A DNA stretch of 61,738 nt, filler included, from Porpidia crustulata (Eukaryota), in NCBI GenBank assembly GCA_964255105.1. It is 5 parts of 5 records of this genome, joined end to end, with 100 filler letters (N's around TTAATTAATTAA, not from the genome) between each part and the next. Parts side by side here need not be neighbours in the genome. Positions count along the whole stretch, not along the records: positions 1 to 12,294 come from CAXUWE010000551.1; positions 12,395 to 24,686 come from CAXUWE010000552.1; 3 more parts are not named here. One strand, written 5' to 3'. The notes under the pieces were generated by a model. It searched no databases, was not told where the DNA came from, and saw only the letters and a program-made list of their open reading frames with translations. The position numbers and the translations under genes were made by a program. Of the stretch, positions 1 through 13,346 are shown piece by piece. Position 1 is the first letter of the stretch; every line of letters starts with the position of its first letter.

Positions 1-825
1 GGAGGGGAGGGATGAAAGAATGAAAGGGGTGCGAAACGATTCTGCATTTCGTCCCCCACGGTGTTTTCGAGATTTGGCAATGGAGCTACTCCTTTCGGAT
101 CCTACGTGCATTAAAACAACTCAATGCATTCGAAAATTCACCATGAACCAGCGACTCGATACGAGTTGAGTAAACCCAATCTAATTCCCTACGGAGTCTG
201 CCAGACAAGTGAAAAGAGGAAGCCTCAGACATTTTGTGGTATCTTGGGAATCGAAAAGAAAGGCAAAAAGGGGAAAAGGATAAAAGAGAAAAGCCCTCGC
301 TTTTACGCTCAAGCGACCAAAAGGTATAGCCAAAGCCCGCGAACTCGACCAACACCAGAGCCGAAGTAAAAAACTCTGGGATTTTATAGAATGCCACGAC
401 TTCTAGTGCCCAGGAGAATTAAGCTGTGTCGAGGCTGGTCCAACGGCAGAGGCAACCTTTTCCGTATTGTATTGCCGTGACGTAACAATCCTTATAAACG
501 GTCATCCGAGACTGCAAACCAAAAGTGATTATTATTGCAGAGACTGGCTTGTTTCCATGCACAGTATTCGAACAGCCTTCTGCAGGTGTATCCGACGCCG
601 ACGCCGTGAGGATAAAGTGCTAGGCCATGGCGTCGTGGACTCGTAAGTCATTAACGTATGCAAGCTTCCAATTCCACTTCTAGTCCGCACGCCGACGCAC
701 TAGCTATTTTCATCTCTTCTCCTCCATTTTTTCTTTAAGATTCTCCAACCCAGTCTTGTTAGCTAATATTGATTTTATAGCCAAACATTGTAAAATTTCT
801 TGTTTGTCATATACGTGTAATTGTG

Positions 826-2896
826 TCAGAGTGTATCTATAATAGATCTCCGCTTTACAGCGACCTCATGTGGCGGACTGTTTTCGACATCGAATGCGTC
901 ACTCAATCTCCGTTTCTTCAAAGGACTGAGGGGGGGATCGGTAGCAGCGTATTTACCTTCTTTGAACGCAGGATTAGTATGCTGCGCTGAGACGACGGAC
1001 GGCCACGACTGTGCTGTTTCGTGGCTGTATTGATTGCGGCGAAACGCGGTAATAACACCTTTATCCAGATGATCCATGAGATTCGTAGAAGATTTACCAC
1101 CAGAAACAGCACTTGTCACAGAGGAAGCCGAGGGCGAATGGGGTGCTTTGATTGCTGCATCATTATCACTATCGTCAGTGTCGCCAAAATCGATAAAGTC
1201 ATCCAGGTTCAAAAGGTCATCTTCATCCTCGTCATCATCTTCGTCCATGATAACATTACCGCCAGCATCAAAATTTGTGAACGGAAAGAACGCCTCCGGA
1301 GGCCCTAGTATTTCTTTATCTGCAAGATGCTGGGTACCCGAGCCATTATCAAAAGAACTGGACATTGTGAGGTTCGGGCTGGATCCGACCATTGGGCTTA
1401 TTGGATCTTGACTTGAACTAGCGCTCTGCTTGATCTCACAATTATTTGTGGTGTTCGCCAATCGGGGTACCGAAGGTCGAGGACTAGAATCAGCACTGCT
1501 TGCGCTGCTATCGAGCGATGTTACTGTGTGATTAGGCCTCCTTGGATGCTGGAGACGGAGCATGACCAGTTTACGGCCAGAGCTGTCCGCCATTACGATG
1601 GGTTTCTTCGGGTCGGCAATCCATGAGCCCATGGTTGGACCCCAACGATAACCGCCTCGGGTAGGAGGCAACCTTTTTTGTGACGTTGGCGTTGTGTAAT
1701 CAGGCCCTTGAAGTGGTGACGTGGATGTACGCCGCAGAAGTAAATGTGGTCGTGTTGTTGCCGAAGCTGGGACGTCTTCCTCCTCGGTCGTCTCGCCCAG
1801 GTCAGCTGAAAGTATTATTTGTTAGCTATGCAGTATCAAATCGCACATCACTGCACCCACTTTCGTAGCCACTGGATCTTCCACCGGAGCTATTCGCATC
1901 TTCATCCTCTGCGTCGTCCTTCGCCAACGGAGGTCTTTCGTCTACATCGGCGAAACCAAGGCCTGCAAGAGCGTTATACTCCATGGCTGACGCCCTGGCA
2001 ATGGCAACAGCAGTCTCCGCGGCTAATACAGCAGCCTTTGCGGCTAACTCATCTTCAGCAAAGCGAACACGACGAGGTGGTGGGAAGGGTGGCTCTAAAT
2101 CAAGCTCGTCGTCGAAATCACCCTGAGGGAAATCATCGTGGGGGAATCTCATAGAATTATAAATCTCAACCTCTTCTGCAAGTATACTCGGATCGGTGCG
2201 ACCAATTTGCGCGTCAAAGTAGGGCACATCAGAGAGAAAGAGATCACCCTCCAGGTCAAATCCGTTCCAGTCGTCCGATGATGTACTGGGAAGGGTAGGT
2301 GAAGTTCTGAATTTGTTGTCATCCTCCTCCTCAGACTCTATGATCACCTTCTCTTCCAATTGCTCCACGATAGGTTCCTGTTCATCCGAATCACTGATCA
2401 GATCAACACCACTGTAGTCGTCCTCGTCATCGGACTCTTCGTTTCCACTCATGCGTTGTGTGGTAGCTTTCGAGCTTTCACGGCCGCGGACTCGTTGCTT
2501 GCTCCCCCCAACATTACCAGAGCTACGGGGGCGATTTTCAATCGCCCCTGCTTTGTGTCCATTGCTATGCCCCGTCTGATCCCCATCACTGGAAATGGCG
2601 ATATCAGACGAGGCCATGACATTTGCATCTGCTTCGTCTTCGTCATCTTGGTCTCCCTCGGCGCCGTCGCTATCGCTTTCTTCTGCATCACCGATGGATG
2701 ATGTATCCGAGGCGGCACCGCGTCCACCAAGGCTATCGGGTTGCGTTTGTGTGATCCTAGTGCCAGTCTTATTTGGATTTTCCACGATGCCAGCATGTGT
2801 CCCAGCAACGACCGACTTCGAGCCTATATTCGACGCTGATGACTTCCTCGCTGCACCCGACCGTAACTTGTCTTTTTGTTTCGATCTGCGGGCCAT
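826..2896 (-). CDS. Acidic, largely disordered conserved protein, candidate Ifh1/Crf1-family transcription co-regulator (~671 aa, 2 exons)
   Basis: ORFs 1826-2896 and 826-1671 join through a 55-nt intron at 1806-1860 (GTGGGT...GCTAAC...TTCAG), giving GYE-T-DLGETTEEED in an open frame. D/E tracts, YSGVDLISDSD, VITAFRRNQ and a basic KKRR motif. The gene is well supported; the family call is by recalled motif resemblance only. Confidence 0.75.
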
Positions 2897-5800
2897 TGCT
2901 CGGAATCCGCAAGATTGTGTTGGGAATAGACGATAGTGTGTTCGAAGTGCTGTTAAGGGATTAGAGTAAAGGCGTGAATTATATTGATCTTTATCTCGTT
3001 ACGTATGGCTAGATATAGCTGGTCTATTACGTCCTAAAGCGAAGATATTGGTGGAGTGCCTGTACCGATCGAGGGAGCGTAGGTTAGTTACAACGACCCT
3101 GCAGTCTCTGGGACCGAGGAGCGTTCCTTTTGTTTTTGTTCGAGAGAATTTCGAGAGCCGGCAGGAGAAGCTTTCTTGCCTCGAATTGGATAATATGGTT
3201 GAGATAAATTGAATTTCTCGGTGGGCTGCCGCAACTGGAAGGGCACGCGGGCTGATGCCGCATGCCCCCCAGTCGGGAATTTACAGCTCAGCGACAGCCT
3301 GTGGCATATTGTCTCAACGATATTATGGGATTAAAGTGTATTTTGATGTTGTGTTTGTTTCTGTAGTGCGACTTCGTTGTCTGGTAATGGGTATGAAGGA
3401 GAGAAGAAAAGAGGAAGAGAGCCGGCGGAGCAGACGACATAAAAGTGGAATTTGACTTTTAGTGCGCTAAGCCGTGTGATTGGTGCTTCGCGAGTCCGCC
3501 CACACCGCTTTTCAGAATGTGATGCAAAGTTGCAGACTTGCACGCAGGGAGACTCAGACATGGTCTCGAGCATTTGCCTATTCAGGTCGTCATCATTATC
3601 GTCACACATCTGCTCATCTACCCATTTACTAATTTGTCCATCTTCCTAGAGACTGCAGTAGGGGTAGATGAGTTTTCAGATTCTAGGCTGCCCAACACTG
3701 CCGAGGATCCAGGCACGTAATTTGGTTCTCTTCACTACTGACCTAGAGTTTAGTGGTTTGAACATGTGAGAGAGCTTTCCTAGAAGGCAATGCAAGCAGC
3801 CGTGGATCACATTTAATACAGTACTCAAGTCCCACGTATTGGGATTCTTAGGGAGCAAAGCGGGCCATGGATTAATTTATTGCATGGGTGGATGGCGGGG
3901 TGGAAGTGACTGCCCCACCAAAATTATTATGTTTCCAGATGGCTATTTTACCCGGAACTGCCGGGTGGACTCACCCTTACTCACGTGCTCACCTTACCTC
4001 GTGTGCCTCGTAAGGTCGGTTCACAAGTATCATCGCGGTTGTCCACTCCCAACAGTCACATGAGTACAGATGTAGTAGTTATTATACACATATTGTTAAT
4101 CCGTAAAGTAAGATAACGTCTGGGCTGTGGCTGTGAGGATATGAGCAAACACTTACTCACATGATCATCACCTCGCCATTATGAGTAATGCTATGACTCC
4201 CAGCATGAGTAATTGGGCGGCTCCAATCTGGCGGATGAGTTTACCATCTCACCTAGACGATTTACGGTTCGCGAGCGAATTCGCTCAATTCACAGAAACG
4301 CCTCCCTACAGATTGTGAGCCAGATATGCCTGTGGCAAGTGTAGTCCAGATGTTGTATGGACTCGTGCATCCGCCTTTGTCCATGACACTAGAGGAATTG
4401 AGTCGTGATATTCAAAGCCGACTTCTCACATGAAGGATCTTTCCAAGCCATTGGAGCATTGAAGACAACGCTCCATTAATGCCGGATGCTCTTGTGCTCT
4501 CATGCTCTTTCTCGCCCTTGTGTCCAATCGGGCAAGTCCTATGCGAGCCCTATGCTTCGATTGACTCATAGGTATGTTTCTGAAAAATGTTCGAGGCAAG
4601 CCGAAATTCTACCTGTCCGGAGAGCTAGCTGACTATGTAATGTGGTGCTCTAGGAGTGTTGTACAATAGAGCATAATTCAATTTGTACTTCCTTTTTGAT
4701 ACGCCGACCATTAGCCCAAGAGGTGTCCGTGTCGGAGCAAGGCCTTGTTGTATGGTCTCTACGGTCAATAGTCGCTCTCGATTATAAAGGAAGGTGAAAA
4801 AGGGTCGGTAGCATCGTTTGTGTAGCATTCTAATCTTAATATGACGGGCTGTGCGGAATTCCAAGGAGTCGTTTGCTTGGAAAATGTAGCCCGAACAAGA
4901 AGACTGACCGAAACAGAATTTAGGGAGAAACGTGAACAGTTGAAGGGGACAGGGTACTTGCTGCGTCGAAGTATCGTAATGTTTACGAAGATCGTCTTGG
5001 CATTCTCTATCCCTGGAGACTGGTATCAACAGTAACAACTAAATGTGTGATATTATCACTTCATCTAATACGCTTCTAATTGCGTTAAATTATCATCGAA
5101 GGTGGCGTCTTCTTTCTCTAATGCTTCTGAATTGCACGGCAATTTTCTGCGTTGAATCGTCGATGAGAGTCTAGAAACCAACCTTCGTCTCAGGTTAGTA
5201 TAGCGCCGACACGAAGGACCTTCGCTGGGAGAAGCCAGAAGAGTCGGCGCTATGGGCAAGGTATCAACAACACCTGACAAAGTAGTGTACCTGGCCTCGG
5301 GCAAAATACTCTCCAAAGGACACGCAGGCACGCAAGTAAGGCCCGGCTTGAAGTAGTGACTTGAGTGTAGAGCCGATCGCTTTCTGCATTTCTTCCTTTT
5401 CGAGACTCGGTAACACTAAGATGTGCACACCTGTTCCGCAACAGGTCGCACGAAACTGCCAATGTGCGCATTCTTCACAAATTGGATGCCAAATGCAGGA
5501 GGCGGCACCGTGAGGAAAGTTGGAATTCTTAGGCTGTGCACTATGAGTACAAACATCAGTATGAGCCGCGATTTTGGGGGTCGTTTCATAGGCTGTATTC
5601 GAGCGTTCGAGGGTTGTTTGACTTATTTAAGCGAGCCTCGACGTAAGGACCGTCGAGGAACAATGTACCTTGAAGAGATATTGTTGCTTAACGACAGTTC
5701 ACTTGGAGATAACCAGGAGTCTGGTCTTTCACTCTTCTCGGCGTTGAGGTGTCGTAATCACGAGGTATAACAAGCGCCAATTATAGAATTCTGACAGGAG

Positions 5801-6504
5801 AATAAACATCATTCATTGAACAAATGGGAGAGCTAGAAGAAAGTGGAGTGTGGATAAGAGCTGGTTGTAACGCCGAGCGGAAATTGCAGATTTCGTGCAG
5901 CTCCCCCGGCTTTGGCTGATGAAACAGCAAGCCTTGCCTCTTTGGGAGGGGCCAGCTTCTTGTTGGCCGTCTGAGGGGCGGGTGTTCCTGCATCATTAGC
6001 GCCGGTCTAGACTGATTGGTGCCGAAGTCTTCGTTGTTTCAACCGCTCGCCAATACAAAGCGGTTTCTTCACACTCTCCCCCATCATCTGCGAATCGCAA
6101 CAACGGTCTGTTGTTTGACCACGCCCCCTTCAGAACACGAAGAGACTAATTTAGTCTTTCATTGGCTGGCCTGTGTCACGAAACTGTCTTTATTGAGTAT
6201 GGTGAGGATGGCGGCGAATGGGCCTGAAGAGAGAGGGCACATAAGCGATTTGGTGGAGCCGCAACATCTGCGACTCGGAATATATGAACCCCACCTACTC
6301 CTCACCTGATGGAGGCATACTCGTTAATTTGCTATCTTGTTTCTTGACCTTTTTTCTATCTCTATCTTACTGTCGTCAAGAGTAAAGTCACTCGCTTCTT
6401 TACTGTTGCTGCTCAGCCAAGTCGTCTTAACATTTAATATTATCCCTGTCTCTTACTGAAACTACCTTGTCCTTCATATTATTATTCTGTGCCAGAACGT
6501 CAAG

Positions 6505-8812
6505 ATGCGCACTACAACTGCTCTATTTGCCCTTTCATTGGCTGTTCAGCAGGCTGCAGCCACTGTACGTTGGACCTCCTAACGTTCTTCATGGCCACGC
6601 TAATCTGACCTCACAGTTCGACTGGCTTGGAGCCCCTTCCTTTGCATGTCCGTCCAACACCGACAACCAGTGCAATGACCAGCAGAAGTCTGGCTTTGAC
6701 TGGAGTGGTCTGAACAGCGGAGATAGTGTCGGCAAATACGGTGGCTTGAACTTCGGCGGGTTCACTTGCGCCAACTCCTTGGGCAAGCGGGGTCTGGTTG
6801 CTCGCACTGGTTTCCAGGACAAATGCATCACTGGTTCTCTCGCCAAGGACAGCGGCCCGTCGATCAAGTGTGACACCGGCAAAGCCATGTCCATTGATAA
6901 GCTTCAGCTATCTGTCAGTCAAGACACCAAGGTCGAGTGCCACTACGGTTATCCGAATGGAGATATTTGCAAACATACCGTATCCTGCTCCAAGGGTGGT
7001 TCGGAGATCCAGAATTCGCAGTGCGGTGGCGCCACCTCGGTCACTTTCAAGCTACCCAAGGAAGCTCCCCAGCAAAATTGCAATATTGGAGTTCATAGCG
7101 TTGGCTTCAATTGTGGTCCTCCGGCGCGCAGCACTGCCCCTGTTTCAAGCACCACCCCGCCTGTGTCCAGCAGCACTCACTCTGTTTCGAGCAGCACTCA
7201 CTCTGCCTCGAGTAGCTCTCCCCCTGTTTCAAGCAGCGCAAGTACTGTGCCTACTTCATCCAACTCTCCTACGACCCCAAGTGTACCCTACTCGACTCCG
7301 GCCAACTCCACGACTTCTGTCATCGGCACTGCCCCGGGGACTCTTCCTGTTGTCCCAACGGTACCTAGTTCGACAAGCACAGCTCCAGCGTCTCCGAGCG
7401 TCCCGACCACCTCTGCTACTAACTCGACAACGTCGTCTTCTTCTCCTGAAACGACCCAACCAGTTGTGACCACGGAGATCGTCCGCACTACAGTAACTAC
7501 CTGCCCAGTCACCAACACCATTACGTCTGGTACTATTACCTCGACCAAAGTCAGTTCCACAGTGTCGACCGTCTTGATTACTAGCACCTCAACGATCTGC
7601 ACCAAGTGCGTTGCTCCATCAAAGACGCCAGAGTCCACCACGAGTGCCGCTCCTGGCCCTTCTTCAAGCTCAGTTCCGTCATTGAGCTCGGTTCCTTCCA
7701 CGAGCTCGGCTCCTATTTCGGCTGGAAATTCAACCGTCAGTAACAACTCTCCAGTGACAGCTCCCTCCTCAGCACCAGGCTCAACTCAAGCTGTTGTGAC
7801 AACCGAGGTCGTTTATACAACATCGACTACCTGCCCGGTCACCAGTACTCACACTTCCGGCACCAGCACGTCGGTCGAAGTTACGCAGAGCATCTCGACA
7901 GTCCTTTCGACTTCAACCTCAACAATCTGCACACAGTGTGTTGCACCAGCAACACCGGCCGCAAGCTCCAGCACTGCAGCATCTTCGTCCGCTGCCCCAG
8001 CTCCATCAGCGCCTGCTCCACCAGTCCTTCCCAAGTGCATGAACACCTGGATCAGCTTGACCAAGTGCAAGGATAATGCCGACGCCAACTGCGTTTGCGC
8101 AAATACGGAGTTCACCACAAATGTTCAAGATTGTATCTCATCATGGGCCAGTAACCCCGTTGAGGAACAGGCTGGTCTCTCCTATCTTGCCGGTATTTGC
8201 GCTCCTCAGGTTGAACAGAACCCTGGAATCATCATGCATGTCCCTTCCACAATCGCCCTTGTCCCTACCCCAGCGGCCACTGTTGCAGCTTCCTCCGGTG
8301 CTCCGGTTGTGTCGTCTTCCAATTCCCCTACAACCGCGACTGCTCCAGCTGTGCCGGCCGTACCGGTCACTGTCATCACCCTCCAGACCACCGTGACTGT
8401 GCCCTGCACTTATTCTGCCGGAAGCTCCGTCGGCGCGACTATCCCCAGTTCGTCAACGACATCAGTTGTCTCGACACAGGTGACTGTTCCACAAGTACAA
8501 TTCACAACCAACAATTCTCCAATCAGTGGATCCGCTGCCCCCAGTGTTGGTCTCGCAGCCGGAATCCCAGCGCCAGCCGCTGCCACTCCCACTTCATCCA
8601 ACAGCCCAGTTGCTGCAACAAGCCCAGCAGCAGGTGGTGCCGCAGGCCCCGCGTACACCAGTGGTTTCAGCAGTGTGGTGGCCAGCACTGGATTCTCCAC
8701 TCCAGCTCAACCCACCGGTCCAGCCATTTTCACCGGTGCGGCAGGCAGAGTGGGGCCTGGCATGGTCGTCGCTGCTGTCATGGCTGTGATGGCATTCGCC
8801 GTCGCTATGTAA
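6505..8812 (+). CDS. Mad1-like GPI-anchored adhesin with CFEM domain (~751 aa)
   Basis: ATG 6505, signal peptide MRTTTALFALSLAVQQAAA, intron 6565-6616. N-terminal Cys-rich domain (CPSNTDNQC, FDWS, CKHTVSCSKGG, QCGGA) resembling Metarhizium MAD1; Ser/Thr/Pro stalk; CFEM-like domain (~8030-8200); hydrophobic GPI-type C-terminus. Confidence 0.88.
7130..7234 (+). repeat. Coding minisatellite, 5 x 21 nt (STAPVSS/TTPPVSS/STHSVSS/STHSASS/SSPPVSS)
   Basis: Five degenerate 21-nt units read directly in the adhesin stalk. Confidence 0.8.
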
Positions 8813-9323
8813 GCTTGCGTACCATTGTCAATCTGGAGAGGAAAAGACTAGGAGTTCCGTATATTTTCGCGTCTCTCATTAATTGGCTATTGCGTAATGA
8901 AAGGCATTGATTTAAAAAGGGGATGCTTGACATGCATTTATATGGGGTGTAATTTGGAGTGATCCTCTATGGAGTCGATACCGTTAATAATGACTGAGAT
9001 AGGTAGATTACAATACTACCAAAATATACCCTTCAATCGTGTATTGACTTGTATCTGTCTCCCTTCTCTTTGTTCAAAATAATTCCTGGTTGTACTTAAT
9101 GATACAACGGTATTTTAGCTGGAAGGGTAGCGCTAGATTGGCGGTGCAATGACATAACTGTGGCGCATGAGTGCCCGCATCATGATGATCTCTTATCCAG
9201 ATTTTGTACATTACCCCCCAGTCCACATCCATATCAACATACCTACTCCTACAGTTACATATTCTTATTCCCATACCAAATCCCATAAGCAGTCGAATCA
9301 AGAAACCTTCACCCACCGCCAAC

Positions 9324-10811
9324 ATGATGGAATACTTCAATTACAAGCGAGCCAAGAAGCATATTGACCATGCAGAAAAGTCTGAAGAGCCTGTCTTGAC
9401 CGATGAAGACGAGGCTTTCTTACATCGTATCGCCGAAGAGGGTACGCCACTGGAACTGCCAGAGCGCCCAGAACAACCACCGCCGCTACCTGCGCGCCCA
9501 CAAGATCTCCCGGTCGCAGGTGAAACTGAGGGCAACAATGCGCAAATCGCGCTGTTCAACGGCGCGCAGAACATACCTTTACCAGAGGTCCCAGATACTC
9601 CTGAGGGTACGCTTACAGCTGTCGGATCGGAGGACTTGAGCCGCGGAATCGACAAAGTGGAGACGGTGAAGGAAGGAAAGAGACCATTTAAATGGAGTTG
9701 GCATCGCCGTGATAGCAGAGATTCAAAGCGCAAGACCACCGCGACGGATCTGATGAGTGCCGCTGAGGGCTTGAAAGGGCCAAATGCGCAACCAAACGAA
9801 GACGGTCAGGTTAGCAATAGCGAAGCGGAGAAAGAAGAGGAGGAGATGACGACTGTCTTGGAACAATTGAATTTGGCAGCGGTCAACAATCGTGTGTTCT
9901 CCATCTCCAAGGAGTCTCAAGAGCTCTTACACAAGTACGTTCCATCCCTTTCTAGGTCGATTACCACGTCTAATCTAACCTACTCGGTAGATTCACACTC
10001 GTTCTCAAAGACCTAGTCAATGGTGTCCCAACTGCTTATGACGACCTTGAATCACTCCTCACCAACTCCGAAAATCAACTACAACGTTCCTATGCCCATC
10101 TCCCCCCATTCCTTCAGAAATTGATCGAACAACTTCCCTCCAAGATGACCAAGTCAATTGGCCCCGAAATGCTTGCTGCGGCTGCGGAAAAGCAAGGTCT
10201 CAAATCCAAATATCTCCACCAAGGAGCCAGCGCGGCTGAAAAGGCGGGTCTGAAAATGAAGGTCCCCAGCCTGAAAGATTTAGTCACCAAACCAGGAGCT
10301 GTTGCTGGCATGTTGCGTGCGATCATGAATTTCCTCAAACTTCGGTTTCCCGCATTCCTTGGGATGAATGTACTATACTCACTCGCCCTATTCGGTATGT
10401 CAAATTATTCTCGCCTCTATTTTTTGTCGCACGTGCTTCCAGACTAAGGCGTTTCCTCGCTACGCATTACTAACTCCTCGCCTAGTCCTCCTCTTTGTCT
10501 TTTGGTACTGCCACAAACGTGGTCGCGAAGTCCGCCTCGAAAAAGAGCGCCTCCTGACCGAGCAAGAACTCGCCGCTCTTGATGCTAGGATTGCCGCCGA
10601 CGGCCCCGCTCCCACCACGTTCGCTCCACCTGGGTCTTCTATCGAGGAAGTTGAGGCTGGCATGCACCCCGAACCCGAGCACACTCAGGAGGGCTACGCA
10701 GCAGGAGGTTCGCTAGCCAGGGAAATGGCCAAGGAGAAACCGGCCGGTGAGCCTTCTCAGCCCAGTGCAAGTTCTGCAGCTCATTCGATGCCTGCCTCCC
10801 AGGTGACGTAG
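9324..10811 (+). CDS. Conserved fungal hypothetical single-pass membrane protein (~446 aa)
   Basis: ATG 9324 (MMEYFNYKRAKK). Introns 9935-9990 and 10395-10485 join three ORF pieces in frame (LNLAAVNNRVFS, KDLVNGVPTAYDDL, TM helix followed by YCHKRGREVRLE). Confidence 0.85.
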
Positions 10812-11506
10812 AGATCAACGTCCAGGAAGTCGAGGGGAGTGTGGTGGGGAGCAGCGTGAAGAAGGAAAAGTGGTGGCAGAGGTGGGAGGCTGCACCGAGC
10901 AAGGCACCGCTACATAGCCAGAAGAGCTGTATTGTTTCATGATTGAGGGAGGGGTCTGGGGTTACGGCCATGAAAGTCTGAGGCGTTGAGCTGTCTCTTC
11001 ATGACTGGACGAATGGTCATAATCAGCAGAGTTATTGATGTAATGAAGATGGCCGTGACGAATGGTATATTCTTTAGTATATATTATCTTGACAGACCGT
11101 GGATAATGGTTTCTGTAATTGAACAATTTCCAGAAATAATCATTTATATTGTATCCTTTCTCATCATGACAGCAGAAAGCCGCATATAAAGATGTCTTAC
11201 CGGCAATTGCCTGCCCTGTGAACCAAACCATCCTTTGACGCTCATTGACGCATCCGACGCTTCTCAAAAAGGTGCAAAGCCCGTTATTATCTCATACGTA
11301 TCACTGCGGCTGCTGGTATTCTCTAGGGTTTATAATGTATGGAATTCACTACGGTAGTCGGTGATCTGCCACCAATTAGATATTTAGACATTTCACTCTT
11401 TCTCCAATCTATCAAGATGTTTTCTACGTGAATTTAAATCTCTTAATTCCTAATTTCTCGCCTCATGGAACAATTGTAAATATCATACATACAGACATAC
11501 TTCAAA

Positions 11507-12294
11507 ATGGAAGCTCCAAAGGAAACTGCTCCTGACTGGCTGGACCGGTATGCCAGTCAATATCACAAGTGGCAAAAATCCCAAGACCTTCGAGGGACCT
11601 ATTACTACCGTCCTTTGGGATTGGTCGAATTATTATTCGATGCGGATGGCACCGAGTTCGAAGGCCGAGCTGATGTGGATGCCACTCTGACCCTGGAAAT
11701 CCGCAGTACTCTGACCAAAGAACAATTCCGCAAAAAGGTGCAGCTGGCATGGGCCACTTTACGCATGCACCATGTTCTGCTACTGGCAAAAGCACTTCCC
11801 GGTCAGAGTTTTCTCCCTCCAGATCGCGAGAAATCTTCGGACAGGTTTTTTGTTATAGAGCAACCCAAAGGACCAGACCAAGCAATGGATGAGGCTCTTG
11901 AGAATATAACGTTTATAGAGGACGATTACCCGGATATCGATTTGGAAGACTTTCTATTTCACTGTATGAACACTAGCAGAATTATTGATCCGTCTCGATG
12001 CCTATCGAAGCTGTTCGTCTTGCCATTGAAACCCTTGACCGGGGGTACCTACCGTTTCGAAGTAATCCTCATTGCTGCCCATCAAATAACCGATGGCCTC
12101 ACCGTATACCAATGGATGGCCCATTTCCTGCATATCCTCAACCAGGATGAAACCGAGCTTCACCACGGTTTAACTCAAGCTTGCATCCCCCAAACCCTTT
12201 GGGACCACCTCCCCCCAGCCCAAGAAGACCTCTACCCCAAAATCGCTCCCGACAACCTCCCCCTGCAACGCTGGCGCTGGGCCATCACCCGCAT
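11507..12294 (+). CDS. Putative CoA-dependent acyltransferase/condensation-like protein, 3'-truncated at contig end
   Basis: ORF stays open to the linker. Contains RPLGLVE, AWATLRMHH and the HxxxDG motif (AHQITDGL). Confidence 0.7.
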
Positions 12295-12394
12295 NNNNNN
12301 NNNNNNNNNNNNNNNNNNNNNNNNNNNNNNNNNNNNNNTTAATTAATTAANNNNNNNNNNNNNNNNNNNNNNNNNNNNNNNNNNNNNNNNNNNN
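12295..12394. other. Artificial contig linker (N44-TTAATTAATTAA-N44)
   Basis: 100-nt spacer with a core giving stops in all six frames; identical to the other three linkers. Confidence 0.98.
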
Positions 12395-13346
12395 GATCTA
12401 CACAACAGACTGGATACCCGTCGGACTGTGGCGCCAGAGATATATGACGAGGTTGGTTACTCCTCGATTCAGCAATCCCGTCCAGGAGCTAACATTTTGC
12501 GTTAGATGTGCGTGATGAGAGAGAAGGCGCATTTGCAAAAAGATTACACGCCTAAGGGCAACCCGGAAACGATCACCAAGGGTACATACTTTCTCACCGG
12601 AGTCGACGGCATGTTCCAGCGACACTATGAGATCAAGGCATGAGGTTGACAAAAGGCCTGTTAACGTTCTGCTATCATTCCACGCAACACGTAAATAGGT
12701 ACAGTGGCCTGCACAAAGTTATAGAGACGGCTTAGCATGACCGGTTTAGAAGATGACGACGGACGTTTAGAAATGAAGACCGCTGTACCCATTACATCGC
12801 GATGGCTGGAGCTGAGGCTGGAAGGTTGAAGGATGATGGATGGATTTTGGAGGCAACCATAAATGTACTAGCGTAAAAATGATCAACTTCGTTCGGGGGT
12901 ACTCTAGAGGGGCTGCTTTCAATATATCTTCATACCTACCAAGAAGCTTGCACACTTCCGCATACTAACTCTCCGAAATACACTTCAACAGCAGTCTAGA
13001 TCACAGACCATTTTGTTGCCACTTTAACTACTTTTGTTGCGTCCAGGCAGTGTTTCTGAGTGAACGATGTCACAGCGACTTACCCAGAGTCTGCGGTCTG
13101 ATCATCAACGCTGCACTCCCTCATGCAAACCCGAGGTGTTGGTTCTCTCACTGTCATCTATTTGTGATCTAACTACCATTTCTTGATTTCTGTAGAGTTC
13201 ACTTTGCACAAGAAAACCCTTGTCGCGCATCCATCCTTACCAGCGGGCCATTGTCCATTCGATACTACAAATGCCATGTGGGTTGCTCGAAACGATTGGT
13301 CGCAATGTTCCCCGCTTCTACTTGAACGCTGTCTACATCTTCGTTT

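Noticed and set aside
4625..5770. Several 60-140 aa ORFs in the long divergent intergenic region
   Set aside because: No coherent spliced model or recognisable domain. Could be a decayed gene, but I cannot support it without a BLASTX search.
12339..12350. Recurrent palindrome TTAATTAATTAA at ~12.3-kb spacing as a biological repeat or array
   Set aside because: Always centred in 44+44 Ns; it is a synthetic six-frame-stop linker.
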